Shown here piece by piece: positions 1 through 7,701 of a stretch of DNA of 32,000 nucleotides. The DNA is from Erysipelotrichaceae bacterium MTC7 (lineage in GTDB: Bacteria; Bacillota_I; Bacilli_A; Erysipelotrichales; Erysipelotrichaceae): the NCBI GenBank assembly GCA_001695645.1, contig LVZN01000056.1, forward strand, positions 60,001-92,000. Reading direction: 5' to 3'. Numbering within the stretch: the stretch's first letter is position 1; every line of letters starts with the position of its first letter. The position numbers and the translations under genes were made by a program. A model generated the notes under the pieces. The model ran no database searches. It was not told the DNA's origin and was given only the letters and a program-made list of their open reading frames with translations.

Positions 1-318
1 ATTGTAACGATATGAGCTATTTTTGAACAATATCGATAAACCGATACTAACAAATGCACCTGCTCCCATTAGTGGCCAAAAACCAACGACATTATCAAAT
101 TCTAAATAACTTCTGTTGATCCAGAAAGCTAAGCATAGTGGCATCACAATTAAAAACCAATTACGATACTTCACATTACTCACTGCAACGACTAGCAACA
201 ATACCGTAAAAATCATATGTGTTAAATTGATTGATAAATCAAACATTGGTGCAAGCACAATAAATAATCCTAACCCTATAAACAACAATCCCCATAACCA
301 ATTTGTTTTCTTATTCAT
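1..318 (-). CDS. polytopic membrane protein, C-terminus outside window; partner of the LytTR regulator
   Basis: Not in the ORF track because it runs off the window. The minus-strand ATG at 318..316 gives MNKKTNWLWGLLFIGLGLFIVLAPMFDLSINLTHMIFTVLLLVVAVSN..., open for 106 codons down to position 1, with several hydrophobic spans. The start overlaps the LytTR stop by 8 nt (TATTATGAATAA). Confidence 0.55.
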   Translation of the reverse strand, partial: MNKKTNWLWGLLFIGLGLFIVLAPMFDLSINLTHMIFTVLLLVVAVSNVKYRNWFLIVMPLCLAFWINRSYLEFDNVVGFWPLMGAGAFVSIGLSILFKNSSYRYN

Positions 319-772
319 AATAACTCCTTTCATGAAGTCGTAACTTCAATTCTTTATAGTACATTCGTGAAACGTACACCTCTTTTACACTGTTCATAAA
401 CCGAACCAAACTACTGCTCGTAATATTTTTTTGCAAAGACATAATCTTTGATAGGTTGATAATCGTTGATTTACTCACTCGCATAAAACTGTCAGGCAAT
501 TCCTTCTCCAGTTCATACAAGCGAAGTTTCACAACGTATGCATCATTTTTTGTATGTGCATACACACCATCAGTAGATGTTTCAAAAAACAAGATTTGCT
601 CGACCGGTACAAACAATTCTTCTTCATCTTTATACAGGACCAGACGTTTTACACCTTTGAGCCGATTTTGGATGAATTTTTGAATATCTTTGACTTCTTT
701 TGTTATATCTTTTGTTTTTATAATGATCTCTTCATCATTTTCATCTTCGATTAACTCAATATGTATCTTCAT
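311..772 (-). CDS. stand-alone LytTR-family DNA-binding transcriptional regulator (no receiver domain)
   Basis: 153-aa ORF. The C-terminal ~100 aa fit the LytTR pattern as I recall it (LFFETSTDGVYAHTKNDAYVVKLRLYELEKELPDSFMRVSKSTIINLSKI). The N-terminus is acidic and too short for a receiver domain. SD AAGGAGAA lies 4 nt before the ATG. Confidence 0.85.
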   Translation of the reverse strand: MKIHIELIEDENDEEIIIKTKDITKEVKDIQKFIQNRLKGVKRLVLYKDEEELFVPVEQILFFETSTDGVYAHTKNDAYVVKLRLYELEKELPDSFMRVSKSTIINLSKIMSLQKNITSSSLVRFMNSVKEVYVSRMYYKELKLRLHERSYYE

Positions 773-827
773 GTCATTCTCCTTACCTGTATTATACTAG
801 ACATCAAATAAAAATATACGTTTTACT

Positions 828-857
828 GCTAAGTGGTTTATTTTCTTAACTAAGTTG
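828..857 (-). promoter_or_regulatory. two 9-bp direct repeats with 21-bp phasing upstream of the LytTR operon (candidate LytTR binding site)
   Basis: On the minus strand, CAACTTAGT (857..849) and CCACTTAGC (836..828) share 7/9 positions, and the ACTTAG core is exact. Start-to-start distance is 21 bp. The proximal repeat lies ~31 nt upstream of a TATAAT (-10) at 796..791. Confidence 0.4.
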
Positions 858-923
858 CATATTTTTCGATACATGATGACATTATTTCTTTCACTTCCAT
901 GCAAATCTACTTTTAGAAAAGAA

Positions 924-951
924 CAAAAAAAGCTCTTTTACAAGAGCTTTT
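924..951 (-). terminator. rho-independent terminator after tRNA-His
   Basis: 9-bp stem AAAGCTCTT/AAGAGCTTT (929..937 and 942..950) with a 4-nt loop. It is followed on the minus strand by a run of 7 T. Confidence 0.65.
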
Positions 952-961
952 ATGCTTTATA

Positions 962-1038
962 TGGGGCGACCGAAGGGATTTGAACCCTCGCATGACGGGA
1001 CCACAACCCGCTGTGTTAACCGCTTCACCACGACCGCC
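962..1038 (-). tRNA. tRNA-His (anticodon GTG) with encoded G-1 and CCA
   Basis: Minus-strand read: G-GCGGTCG-TG-GTGAAGCGGTTAACAC-A-GCGGG-TTGTGGT-CCCGT-CATGC-GAGGG-TTCAAAT-CCCTT-CGGTCGC-C-CCA. It folds as a full cloverleaf with a 7-nt anticodon loop carrying GTG. The extra 5' G pairs with C73, which is the His hallmark. Confidence 0.92.
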
Positions 1039-1059
1039 ATATTTCAGTAAGCATTACCT

Positions 1060-1088
1060 ATTATAAACAAAAAGTTGATGTTTGTAAA
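1060..1088 (-). promoter_or_regulatory. sigma-A type promoter for tRNA-His
   Basis: On the minus strand: TTTACA (1088..1083), a 17-nt spacer, then TATAAT (1065..1060). The -10 hexamer is 21 nt upstream of the tRNA 5' end. Confidence 0.7.
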
Positions 1089-1121
1089 TAGGTATTGCTC
1101 ACTATTTTAAAGAAGTTTACT

Positions 1122-1793
1122 TTATTCTGGATTTACAGGTGCAACCTCTGGCGTTGTAACTGCAGAAATCTCGATTTCTACGTAATCTCCATCTTTTTCT
1201 TTCACGTTTAATACACGTCCAACAAAACCAGTTACTTGTTCGTGTTCTTTTTGATAAACACTTAAGCGTGCACTGTCTTCATCATTGATGGTACCAATAA
1301 GCGTTCCATTGTCTAAAGAAACATTTGTTCCATCAACTAGAATTTTTGAACCAATTGCGATTGTATTATATGCATCTGGAATCTCTGTTTCAACCTCAGT
1401 TGTTAGTACGATACGTTTACGTAAGCTTGCACTATCGTCAACTTTTTGGCGAATGACATTCACTTTATCTTTGAAGTTGATGTTTGTCTTAAATTCAATG
1501 CGTTCGTCAATCGACTTCAATGCACTAATTGAACCCATAGCAGTTAAGATGAAGAACAACGTAATAAATAAAATGACAATCCCTAAAAAGATACTTACCG
1601 TAAATGCATAAATAGTTAATACTGCAAAAGCTACTGCAATTGCTAACTCAATGAAAAAACTCTTTTTTAATTGTTCAGCGCTTTTCCATTCCGTTCCAAT
1701 TTTTACTTTTTGCTCTGCGACTTCCCAGTCACCGTTCTTTTTTTCTTCTACGATTTTTTCTGTTTCTTTAATCTCGTTTTTTTCTTTCATCAT
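1122..1793 (-). CDS. hypothetical membrane protein (charged N-terminus, two TM helices, ~120-aa C-terminal domain)
   Basis: 223-aa ORF. It has a Lys/Glu-rich N-terminus, hydrophobic spans FFIELAIAVAFAVLTIYAF and IFLGIVILFITLFFILTAMG, then a soluble domain. I do not recognise the family. Confidence 0.7.
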   Translation of the reverse strand: MMKEKNEIKETEKIVEEKKNGDWEVAEQKVKIGTEWKSAEQLKKSFFIELAIAVAFAVLTIYAFTVSIFLGIVILFITLFFILTAMGSISALKSIDERIEFKTNINFKDKVNVIRQKVDDSASLRKRIVLTTEVETEIPDAYNTIAIGSKILVDGTNVSLDNGTLIGTINDEDSARLSVYQKEHEQVTGFVGRVLNVKEKDGDYVEIEISAVTTPEVAPVNPE

Positions 1794-1886
1794 GTAACTC
1801 CCGATTCTAACAATAGTTATTATACTAAGTAAACTTTATTTTTACAATGACAAAACCCGAACTTCAACTAAAGTTCATTTCTTATG

Positions 1887-1921
1887 CAAAAAGAGAAACC
1901 GATGGAATTTAACCACCGGTT
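1887..1921 (-). terminator. rho-independent terminator after the EF-G-like gene
   Basis: 9-bp stem (1897..1905 and 1913..1921) with a 7-nt loop. One position is a G-U pair only on the minus-strand RNA and an A-C mismatch on the plus strand, which fits minus-strand use. It is followed by TCTCTTTTT. Confidence 0.6.
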
Positions 1922-1927
1922 ATCTTA

Positions 1928-4012
1928 TTATGCTTCTTTCGCTTTTCTAGCTTTCTCGATGATTTGGTCCTTCATTGCATTAGGAATCTCATCATAGCGA
2001 TCAAATTCTTGCGTATAATGTCCACGTCCTTGTGTACATGCACGTAAAATTGTTGGGAAATCAAGAATTTCCGCTAACGGTGCAGTTGCTGTAATTACTT
2101 GTTTTCCATCTTCAAGGTCCATCGAAATAATCATTCCTCTTCGCTTGTTGATTTCACCAATTACATTTCCTGTATATTCATCAGGAACTACAATACGTAA
2201 GTTCATGATTGGTTCAAGTAAAACTGGGTTTGCTTTAGGAATTCCATCTTTATAAGCTAAACTTGCCGCTAATTTAAATGACAGCTCATTCGAGTCTACA
2301 TCATGATATTTTCCATCATATAGCACCGCTTTTACATTTACCATTTTATAACCAGCAAGCAGTCCAGTTTCCATCGCTTCGCGAAGTCCCGTTTCAACTG
2401 CTGGGAAGTATCCTTTTGGAACAGCTCCACCAACAACGCGTGTTTCAAAAACCATTTCTTCTTCATCAGGGTTTGGCATAAATTCAATGAAGACATGTCC
2501 AAATTGTCCATGACCTCCGGATTGCTTTTTATGACGACCTTCCGCTTCCACTTTCTTTTTAATCGTTTCACGGTATTGTACCTTTGGATCACTCAATTCC
2601 ACATCGACTTTGTAGCGGTTTTTCATTTTATTAACAATCACTTCAAAGTGTTGTTCTCCAACTCCGTATAATACAATTTGCTTTGTCTCTTTGTTATTGT
2701 CAATCCAAGTTGTTTGATCTTCTTCTAAAACCTTTTGTAAGGCTCCATTTACCTTATCATCATCAGCTTTTGTTTTTGGACGAATCGCGTGACCAAGCAG
2801 TCCTTTAGTAAACTGTATTTCTTCAGCAACGAAATGTTTACCTTTATCACAAAGTGTATCGTTTGTTTGTGTAAATTGCAATTTACTAACCGCTCCAATA
2901 TCACCAGTAAACAGTTTTCCTACAGCCGTTTGGTGCTTTCCTTTAATAATATAAATCTGAGAAATCTTTTCAATCTCATCTTTCTTAGGATTGTATACAG
3001 TCGTATCACTTGTCAGGGTTCCACTTAAGACTTTTAAGAATGAAATCTTACCAACAAACGGGTCAACAATCGTTTTAAAAACCAACGCACTAAGTGTTTC
3101 ATCTTCTGCGGTTTGCACTTCCACTGGTTCATCTTTTTCTGTATCAAGTAACGTAATCGTTCCTTGTTCTCCATATGTTGGGAAATACTTCACAATCAAA
3201 TCCATCAAACGTTCGATTCCAACAGATAATGTCGCAGATCCACTAAACACAGGAACAATATCTCCATTACGAACACCAATACGAACCCCTTTGGTCAATT
3301 GTGCTTCTGTGAATTCTTCACCACTGAAGTATTTTTCCATCAACTCATCGTCACCCATTGCAACCGTTTCTGCAATTTGCGCTTTGTATGTATCAACAAT
3401 ATCACGATAGTCATCTGGTACATCATAGGCAGTCTCACGACTTGCTTTTTCACCTTTAAAATACCAAACTTTATCACGTAAAATATTAATGGAACCAATG
3501 ACTTCTCCATTTTCTAAAATTGGCATCTCAAATGGGATAACCGATTTTCCAAAGGTGTCACGTAATGCACTGTATGTTTCTTCAAACGATGTATGATCTT
3601 CATCCAATTTATTGATAAAGAAAATTGCTGGAATCTTTTTCGATTTTGCTGCTTCCCATGCATTGATGGTTCCTGGTTGCACTTTATCTTTTGCACTAAC
3701 GATAATTAGTGCATTATCACAAACTTCCATTGCAGCTTCTTGTTCTCCAATATAATCGAGATATCCTGGAGTATCTAAAAAGTTAATCTTATAATCTTGC
3801 CATTCAATTGGCACAACGGACGTGTAGATGGACATGCCTCGTGCAATTTCTTCACTGTCGTAGTCAATAAGTGAACTTCCTTCACTTGTTTTCCCAAAGC
3901 GATCACTTGCTTTGGTGAAATAAAGCATGGCTTCTAGGATCGAGGTTTTTCCTGATCCGCTATGTCCAAGTACGGCTACGTTGCGAATCTCACTTGATTT
4001 ATAATCTCTCAT
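1928..4012 (-). CDS. elongation factor G-like translational GTPase (EF-G paralogue type)
   Basis: 694 aa with the five-domain EF-G length. Motifs: G1 GHSGSGKTS, G3 DTPGYLDY (Tyr where canonical EF-G has the catalytic His of DTPGH), G4 NKLD. SD GAGGGGA sits in the 11-nt gap after the ankyrin gene. Confidence 0.9.
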   Translation of the reverse strand: MRDYKSSEIRNVAVLGHSGSGKTSILEAMLYFTKASDRFGKTSEGSSLIDYDSEEIARGMSIYTSVVPIEWQDYKINFLDTPGYLDYIGEQEAAMEVCDNALIIVSAKDKVQPGTINAWEAAKSKKIPAIFFINKLDEDHTSFEETYSALRDTFGKSVIPFEMPILENGEVIGSINILRDKVWYFKGEKASRETAYDVPDDYRDIVDTYKAQIAETVAMGDDELMEKYFSGEEFTEAQLTKGVRIGVRNGDIVPVFSGSATLSVGIERLMDLIVKYFPTYGEQGTITLLDTEKDEPVEVQTAEDETLSALVFKTIVDPFVGKISFLKVLSGTLTSDTTVYNPKKDEIEKISQIYIIKGKHQTAVGKLFTGDIGAVSKLQFTQTNDTLCDKGKHFVAEEIQFTKGLLGHAIRPKTKADDDKVNGALQKVLEEDQTTWIDNNKETKQIVLYGVGEQHFEVIVNKMKNRYKVDVELSDPKVQYRETIKKKVEAEGRHKKQSGGHGQFGHVFIEFMPNPDEEEMVFETRVVGGAVPKGYFPAVETGLREAMETGLLAGYKMVNVKAVLYDGKYHDVDSNELSFKLAASLAYKDGIPKANPVLLEPIMNLRIVVPDEYTGNVIGEINKRRGMIISMDLEDGKQVITATAPLAEILDFPTILRACTQGRGHYTQEFDRYDEIPNAMKDQIIEKARKAKEA

Positions 4013-4023
4013 ATCATCCCCTC

Positions 4024-4692
4024 CTATCCTAACAATGGTTCAAGTTCACCCTTTAAGGATTCCCGAACGTAATTGATAGCTTTCTTTCCATCTTCATCTT
4101 CAATATCTTTGTCTGCTCCATAATCGAGTAATTTTTCTACAAGTCCTGCATATCCTGCATAAGCTGCACGCATCAATGCGGTACAACCATTATTATCTTG
4201 CAAGTTTACATCGGCTTTTGCCACCAACAATAAATCAATGGCATCCTGTTTGTACGCCAAGCATGCCTCCATCAATGCCGTGCGTCCTTTTTCATCGCGT
4301 AAGTCCAACATCAAATCACCTTTCAGCAATTCACGAATCACGCGATCATAACCAAGAAATGCAGCACGCATCAGTGCAGTTCTTCCCTTGCTATCTTGAA
4401 TGTTAATATCCGCTCCCGCTTCCATTAACTTTTTAACGATGGTTTTGTTTCCCTTTTTTGCAGCCCCCATCAATGCTGTCCTACCTTGATTATCCCGTAA
4501 GTTTACATCCGCTCCATTGTCAATTAAAATTCTGACAACATCTTTGAAATCTCTTTTTGCTGCACGCATCAAAATTGTTCGTCCTTCTGGATTTTGATAA
4601 TTGATATCCATCCCCTTTTTAATTTGTGCAACCAATGTTGTTACATCTCCTGTAGCACCTGTGTCCCACAGGATTCTCATTTGCTCGTCCAT
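4024..4692 (-). CDS. ankyrin-repeat protein (about 6 ANK repeats)
   Basis: G(R/C)TALM.AA....V..LL..GAD.N..D recurs every ~33 aa. I chose the ATG at 4692 (MDEQMRILW...) because AAAGGAAG lies 7 nt upstream of it. The ORF-track start at 4710 has no SD. Confidence 0.85.
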   Translation of the reverse strand: MDEQMRILWDTGATGDVTTLVAQIKKGMDINYQNPEGRTILMRAAKRDFKDVVRILIDNGADVNLRDNQGRTALMGAAKKGNKTIVKKLMEAGADINIQDSKGRTALMRAAFLGYDRVIRELLKGDLMLDLRDEKGRTALMEACLAYKQDAIDLLLVAKADVNLQDNNGCTALMRAAYAGYAGLVEKLLDYGADKDIEDEDGKKAINYVRESLKGELEPLLG

Positions 4693-4715
4693 TTCAACAC
4701 TTCCTTTCATCCACT

Positions 4716-4739
4716 AAAAAATGCGAATTCTCTTCGCAT
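4716..4739 (-). terminator. terminator-like hairpin immediately upstream of the ankyrin gene (possible attenuator)
   Basis: On the minus strand: ATGCGAA-GAGAA-TTCGCAT (7-bp stem, 4739..4721) followed by TTTTT. It lies only ~24 nt before the ankyrin start codon. Confidence 0.5.
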
Positions 4740-4810
4740 CATGAAACAAACAAAAAAATGGAGTTAATGAATACTTTGCTAACGCTTCCTTGAATGTTAA
4801 ACATACTCAT
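4739..4810 (-). CDS. candidate 21-23 codon leader sORF (MSMFNIQGSVSKVFINSIFLFVS)
   Basis: Below the ORF-track size cut-off. AAAGGGG SD lies 8 nt before the second ATG (4804). The TGA stop (4741..4739) overlaps the first bases of the downstream hairpin. Confidence 0.25.
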   Translation of the reverse strand: MSMFNIQGSVSKVFINSIFLFVS

Positions 4811-4835
4811 CACCCCTTTCATGAAACTAATATAT

Positions 4836-4865
4836 CAAATAAAAACCACATGCGCATGCATGTGG
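4836..4865 (-). terminator. rho-independent terminator after the U32 gene
   Basis: 8-bp GC-rich stem CCACATGC/GCATGTGG (4846..4853 and 4858..4865) with a 4-nt loop. On the minus strand it is followed by TTTTTATTT. Confidence 0.7.
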
Positions 4866-4874
4866 TAGTATCTG

Positions 4875-7091
4875 CTAGTAATTTGGAATTTTTGAAAGGA
4901 CATTTGTTACTTCATCAGCATTTTCATCCGTGAAATCAATTCTAAAGATTTCAATACCAATGTTTTTATATGACTCGATATCCATCAACTCATCTTTTGG
5001 TTCATCTTGATAGATTGCCACGTAGTCATCTTCATCCACGCGCACAAAATAACGATGTTTGTGTAAATCTTCCAATTCGTACTTTTTTTGTGGTTGTAAC
5101 GTTTTCACGTTTGTCTTCAACACATTTGCTTTGATGTGCATAAGCATCGCTTTTCCATAAACTACAATTCCTACATTGGGTAAAAACCCATAGGTGTTTT
5201 GAAACTTGTCAACCAATGCAAAAATTTGTTCGTGACTGAGTTCACGTGAAAGATACATGTGTTGATTGTTTAAACTTTGTAAATACGCGACACTTTCACT
5301 GTTGGATATATTCATACTCTCATCCAACACCTTACCTTTGTTGACACCCCCAACATCACCAACCATTGTTGCATCATCGCTTTGTTGGGTTGTGGTATTG
5401 CTTTGGCGATAGTAAATATCCATTTCTGTATTGTAAGCTTCATAGAGTGCTCTGTTGCTCGTATACAGTGTGGCATTGACGTTTTGACAAGCAAGCAGTT
5501 GCGCTTCTGTAAGCACCGTAATTTCCAGTTTAGCTTGGGTAAAGCTATCCACAACTGGACTTGCAGAAAAGTCGACCGTGCTTCTTGTGAAGTTTGCTAG
5601 ACGCGCTGCATACAGTTTATCTAAAGCTATACGACGCAGGGCATTCAATTGTTGAAGAGGCAAAAAGATTGCATCATCTTTCTTAACAATAATCTTTGAA
5701 AAAGCAAAAATCGTATCATTGGTTTTCGCAATTCGTTTTGTTATATCCGCTTCTTCAACTGGTCTTTTTTGTGCTTGATCAACCCGTATTTCGCTTTTTA
5801 CTTCTACACGATTTCCTGCATCATCTTTGACTTCTAGAACGAGTGGTTTTCCTACATATGCATAAACTCGTGCTTGTACTGGAACTTTACGACATTCATG
5901 ATCGTAAGTTTTGGCAATTTCTTTTTCAACAACGACATCTTTTGTCTTTACCACTTTCATACCAACAGCAACACGCAGTTGTCCTTGGTCCAACTCAATG
6001 GTTTCACCCTTAGTTGCTTTATTGACGAGTAACTCATTTATATACAAACGATTGATGGTAAATCCATCGTTGGTAGCATTTAAGAAACGAATGCCATCGT
6101 GTTGATGTACATCAAGATCTAATTGGATTCCCAAACGACCGTTGCGAACGTAGACAACCGTCCCTAAAGGAACTCCTTCATGATTGGGGCGTGCATGGTT
6201 CATCATTTGCACATCGTTTTTTTCATAAAAATGTGCTTTCGTATAACGACGATTGAACAAGACTTTGAGTGTTTGCAATTCACTAGGATGAATTTTAAAG
6301 TCTTTTTGATCAATTGCCTTACGATACAACATCGTTGTATATGCTACGTATTGTGGACTTTTCATTCGTCCTTCGATTTTCAAAGAATGTACATTAGCCG
6401 CTTTTAGTTGATCAATATCTTCTAATAAGAAATTATCTTTTGGACTTAAAAGATATGCATAGTCTTGGACAAGTTTGCGATCTTCATACAAACGATACAA
6501 CATGCGACAATTTTGTGCACACATCCCGCGATTTCCACTGCGATGCAATTGCAAAGCAGAAAATAAACACTGTCCCGAAAATGAGATACAAAGAGCTCCA
6601 TGCACAAACACCTCTTTTTCAATCGCGACATCTTGATATGACATCATTTGCTTTAACGAAGTTTCACGAGCAAGCACAGCACGTGTAAGCCCTTGTGTAT
6701 GTAAAAATGCTAGTGCTTCATGATTGTATATATGCATTTGGGTAGATGCGTGAACTTCAAAATCCGGATAGGTACGACGAATGGCGTAAAGCAAACCCAA
6801 ATCTTGAACAATGCATGCGTCAACATTTGCATGATACAGTTCATCAATATATTTCATGACCTGCACAAATTCTTGTTCATAAATTAACGTGTTTACGGTA
6901 ACGTAAATTTTTACACCATAGGCATGAGCATAATCTACCATTTCTTTGATTGCATCTAGCGAGAAGTTTGCAGCAAACGCACGTGCTCCAAACAGTTCTC
7001 CACTTAAATATAAAGCATCTGCACCATTTTGAATGGCGGCAATTGCACTCTCTTTATTTCCTGCCGGTGCTAATAGTTCTATTTTTTCCAT
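4875..7091 (-). CDS. U32-family peptidase-like protein, long form (738 aa)
   Basis: The N-terminus MEKIELLAPAGN...ADALYLSG and the U32 signature EVFVHGALCISFSGQC are both present. A ~300-aa C-terminal extension lies beyond the core. Confidence 0.9.
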   Translation of the reverse strand: MEKIELLAPAGNKESAIAAIQNGADALYLSGELFGARAFAANFSLDAIKEMVDYAHAYGVKIYVTVNTLIYEQEFVQVMKYIDELYHANVDACIVQDLGLLYAIRRTYPDFEVHASTQMHIYNHEALAFLHTQGLTRAVLARETSLKQMMSYQDVAIEKEVFVHGALCISFSGQCLFSALQLHRSGNRGMCAQNCRMLYRLYEDRKLVQDYAYLLSPKDNFLLEDIDQLKAANVHSLKIEGRMKSPQYVAYTTMLYRKAIDQKDFKIHPSELQTLKVLFNRRYTKAHFYEKNDVQMMNHARPNHEGVPLGTVVYVRNGRLGIQLDLDVHQHDGIRFLNATNDGFTINRLYINELLVNKATKGETIELDQGQLRVAVGMKVVKTKDVVVEKEIAKTYDHECRKVPVQARVYAYVGKPLVLEVKDDAGNRVEVKSEIRVDQAQKRPVEEADITKRIAKTNDTIFAFSKIIVKKDDAIFLPLQQLNALRRIALDKLYAARLANFTRSTVDFSASPVVDSFTQAKLEITVLTEAQLLACQNVNATLYTSNRALYEAYNTEMDIYYRQSNTTTQQSDDATMVGDVGGVNKGKVLDESMNISNSESVAYLQSLNNQHMYLSRELSHEQIFALVDKFQNTYGFLPNVGIVVYGKAMLMHIKANVLKTNVKTLQPQKKYELEDLHKHRYFVRVDEDDYVAIYQDEPKDELMDIESYKNIGIEIFRIDFTDENADEVTNVLSKIPNY

Positions 7092-7176
7092 GTTCGTATT
7101 GTATCATAAAGTTGCTATGATTTTTCATTTTCGCATTTTTGGCTTATAATAATAAAGATTGAAGGAGGAGATTAAC

Positions 7177-7689
7177 ATGCTAGAAGTATTTAATAAGCGT
7201 TGCAGCATTCGTAGTTACCACGACCAAGTCGTTGAACCAGAAAAACTACAAGCAGTTTTAGAAGCGATTCAAAGCGCACCAACTTGGAAAAACAAACAGT
7301 GTTTTGAAGTCATCGTGATTGATAATCGAGAAACCCTTGAGAAACTAGGGGCTCTTACACGATACAATCCAAGTGAGAGTGCTTATGCAAAGTGTTCTCA
7401 TAACTTGGTTTTTATCGCACGCCCAGACCGTAGTGGTTTGCGCGATGACAAACCATATTACATGGCAGATACAGCCATTGCCTTCACACACGCGACACTC
7501 GAAGCTACCAACCAAGGTTTAGGTACTTGTTGGGTTGGGGTGTTCCCTGAAGCGGAAGTGAAAACATTGCTACAAATACCAAAAGAGTACAAAGTGATTG
7601 CCCTTATGCCTTTAGGTTATGCAAACGAACCTTATGCAAAACGACCACGTCGTCCTCTAGAGGAAATCGTACACAAAAATATATTTTAG
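7177..7689 (+). CDS. nitroreductase-family oxidoreductase
   Basis: The N-terminus FNKRCSIRSY, later QAPTWKNKQ, and GLGTCWVG are typical of the family. I chose the ATG at 7177, which is 7 nt after GAAGGAGGAG. The ORF-track TTG at 7159 lies inside the SD. Confidence 0.85.
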   Translation: MLEVFNKRCSIRSYHDQVVEPEKLQAVLEAIQSAPTWKNKQCFEVIVIDNRETLEKLGALTRYNPSESAYAKCSHNLVFIARPDRSGLRDDKPYYMADTAIAFTHATLEATNQGLGTCWVGVFPEAEVKTLLQIPKEYKVIALMPLGYANEPYAKRPRRPLEEIVHKNIF

Positions 7690-7701
7690 GAGAAAGAAAG
7701 C

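Noticed and set aside
2338-2592. Same-strand overlapping ORF of 84 aa inside the EF-G-like gene, with similar ones at 5312..5554, 16698..16907, 16819..17058 and 28644..28898.
   Set aside because: They are out-of-frame chance ORFs within strongly supported genes. They have no SD and their composition is biased.
2991-3410. Long antisense ORFs opposite well-supported genes. Examples: 2991..3410 (139 aa), 1285..1611, 15706..16077, 19158..19523, 30313..30666, 13640..13954.
   Set aside because: None has an SD. Their translations are low-complexity (Ser/Phe/Leu/Ile-rich), as expected from the complement of AT-rich coding sequence. Each is fully embedded in a gene with strong family motifs.
1928-4012. 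The EF-G-like gene as a Tet(M)/Tet(O)-type ribosomal protection (tetracycline resistance) gene.
   Set aside because: The G1 (GHSGSGKTS) and switch II (DTPGYLDY) motifs differ from the AHVDAGKTT and DTPGH motifs I recall for Tet(M)/Tet(O). There is no mobile-element context. Sequence alone gives no basis for a resistance call.
4024-4692. Periodic ~99-nt similarity inside the ankyrin gene as a DNA tandem repeat feature.
   Set aside because: It is the coding footprint of diverged ANK protein repeats. Nucleotide identity between units is patchy, and the periodicity is explained by the protein.
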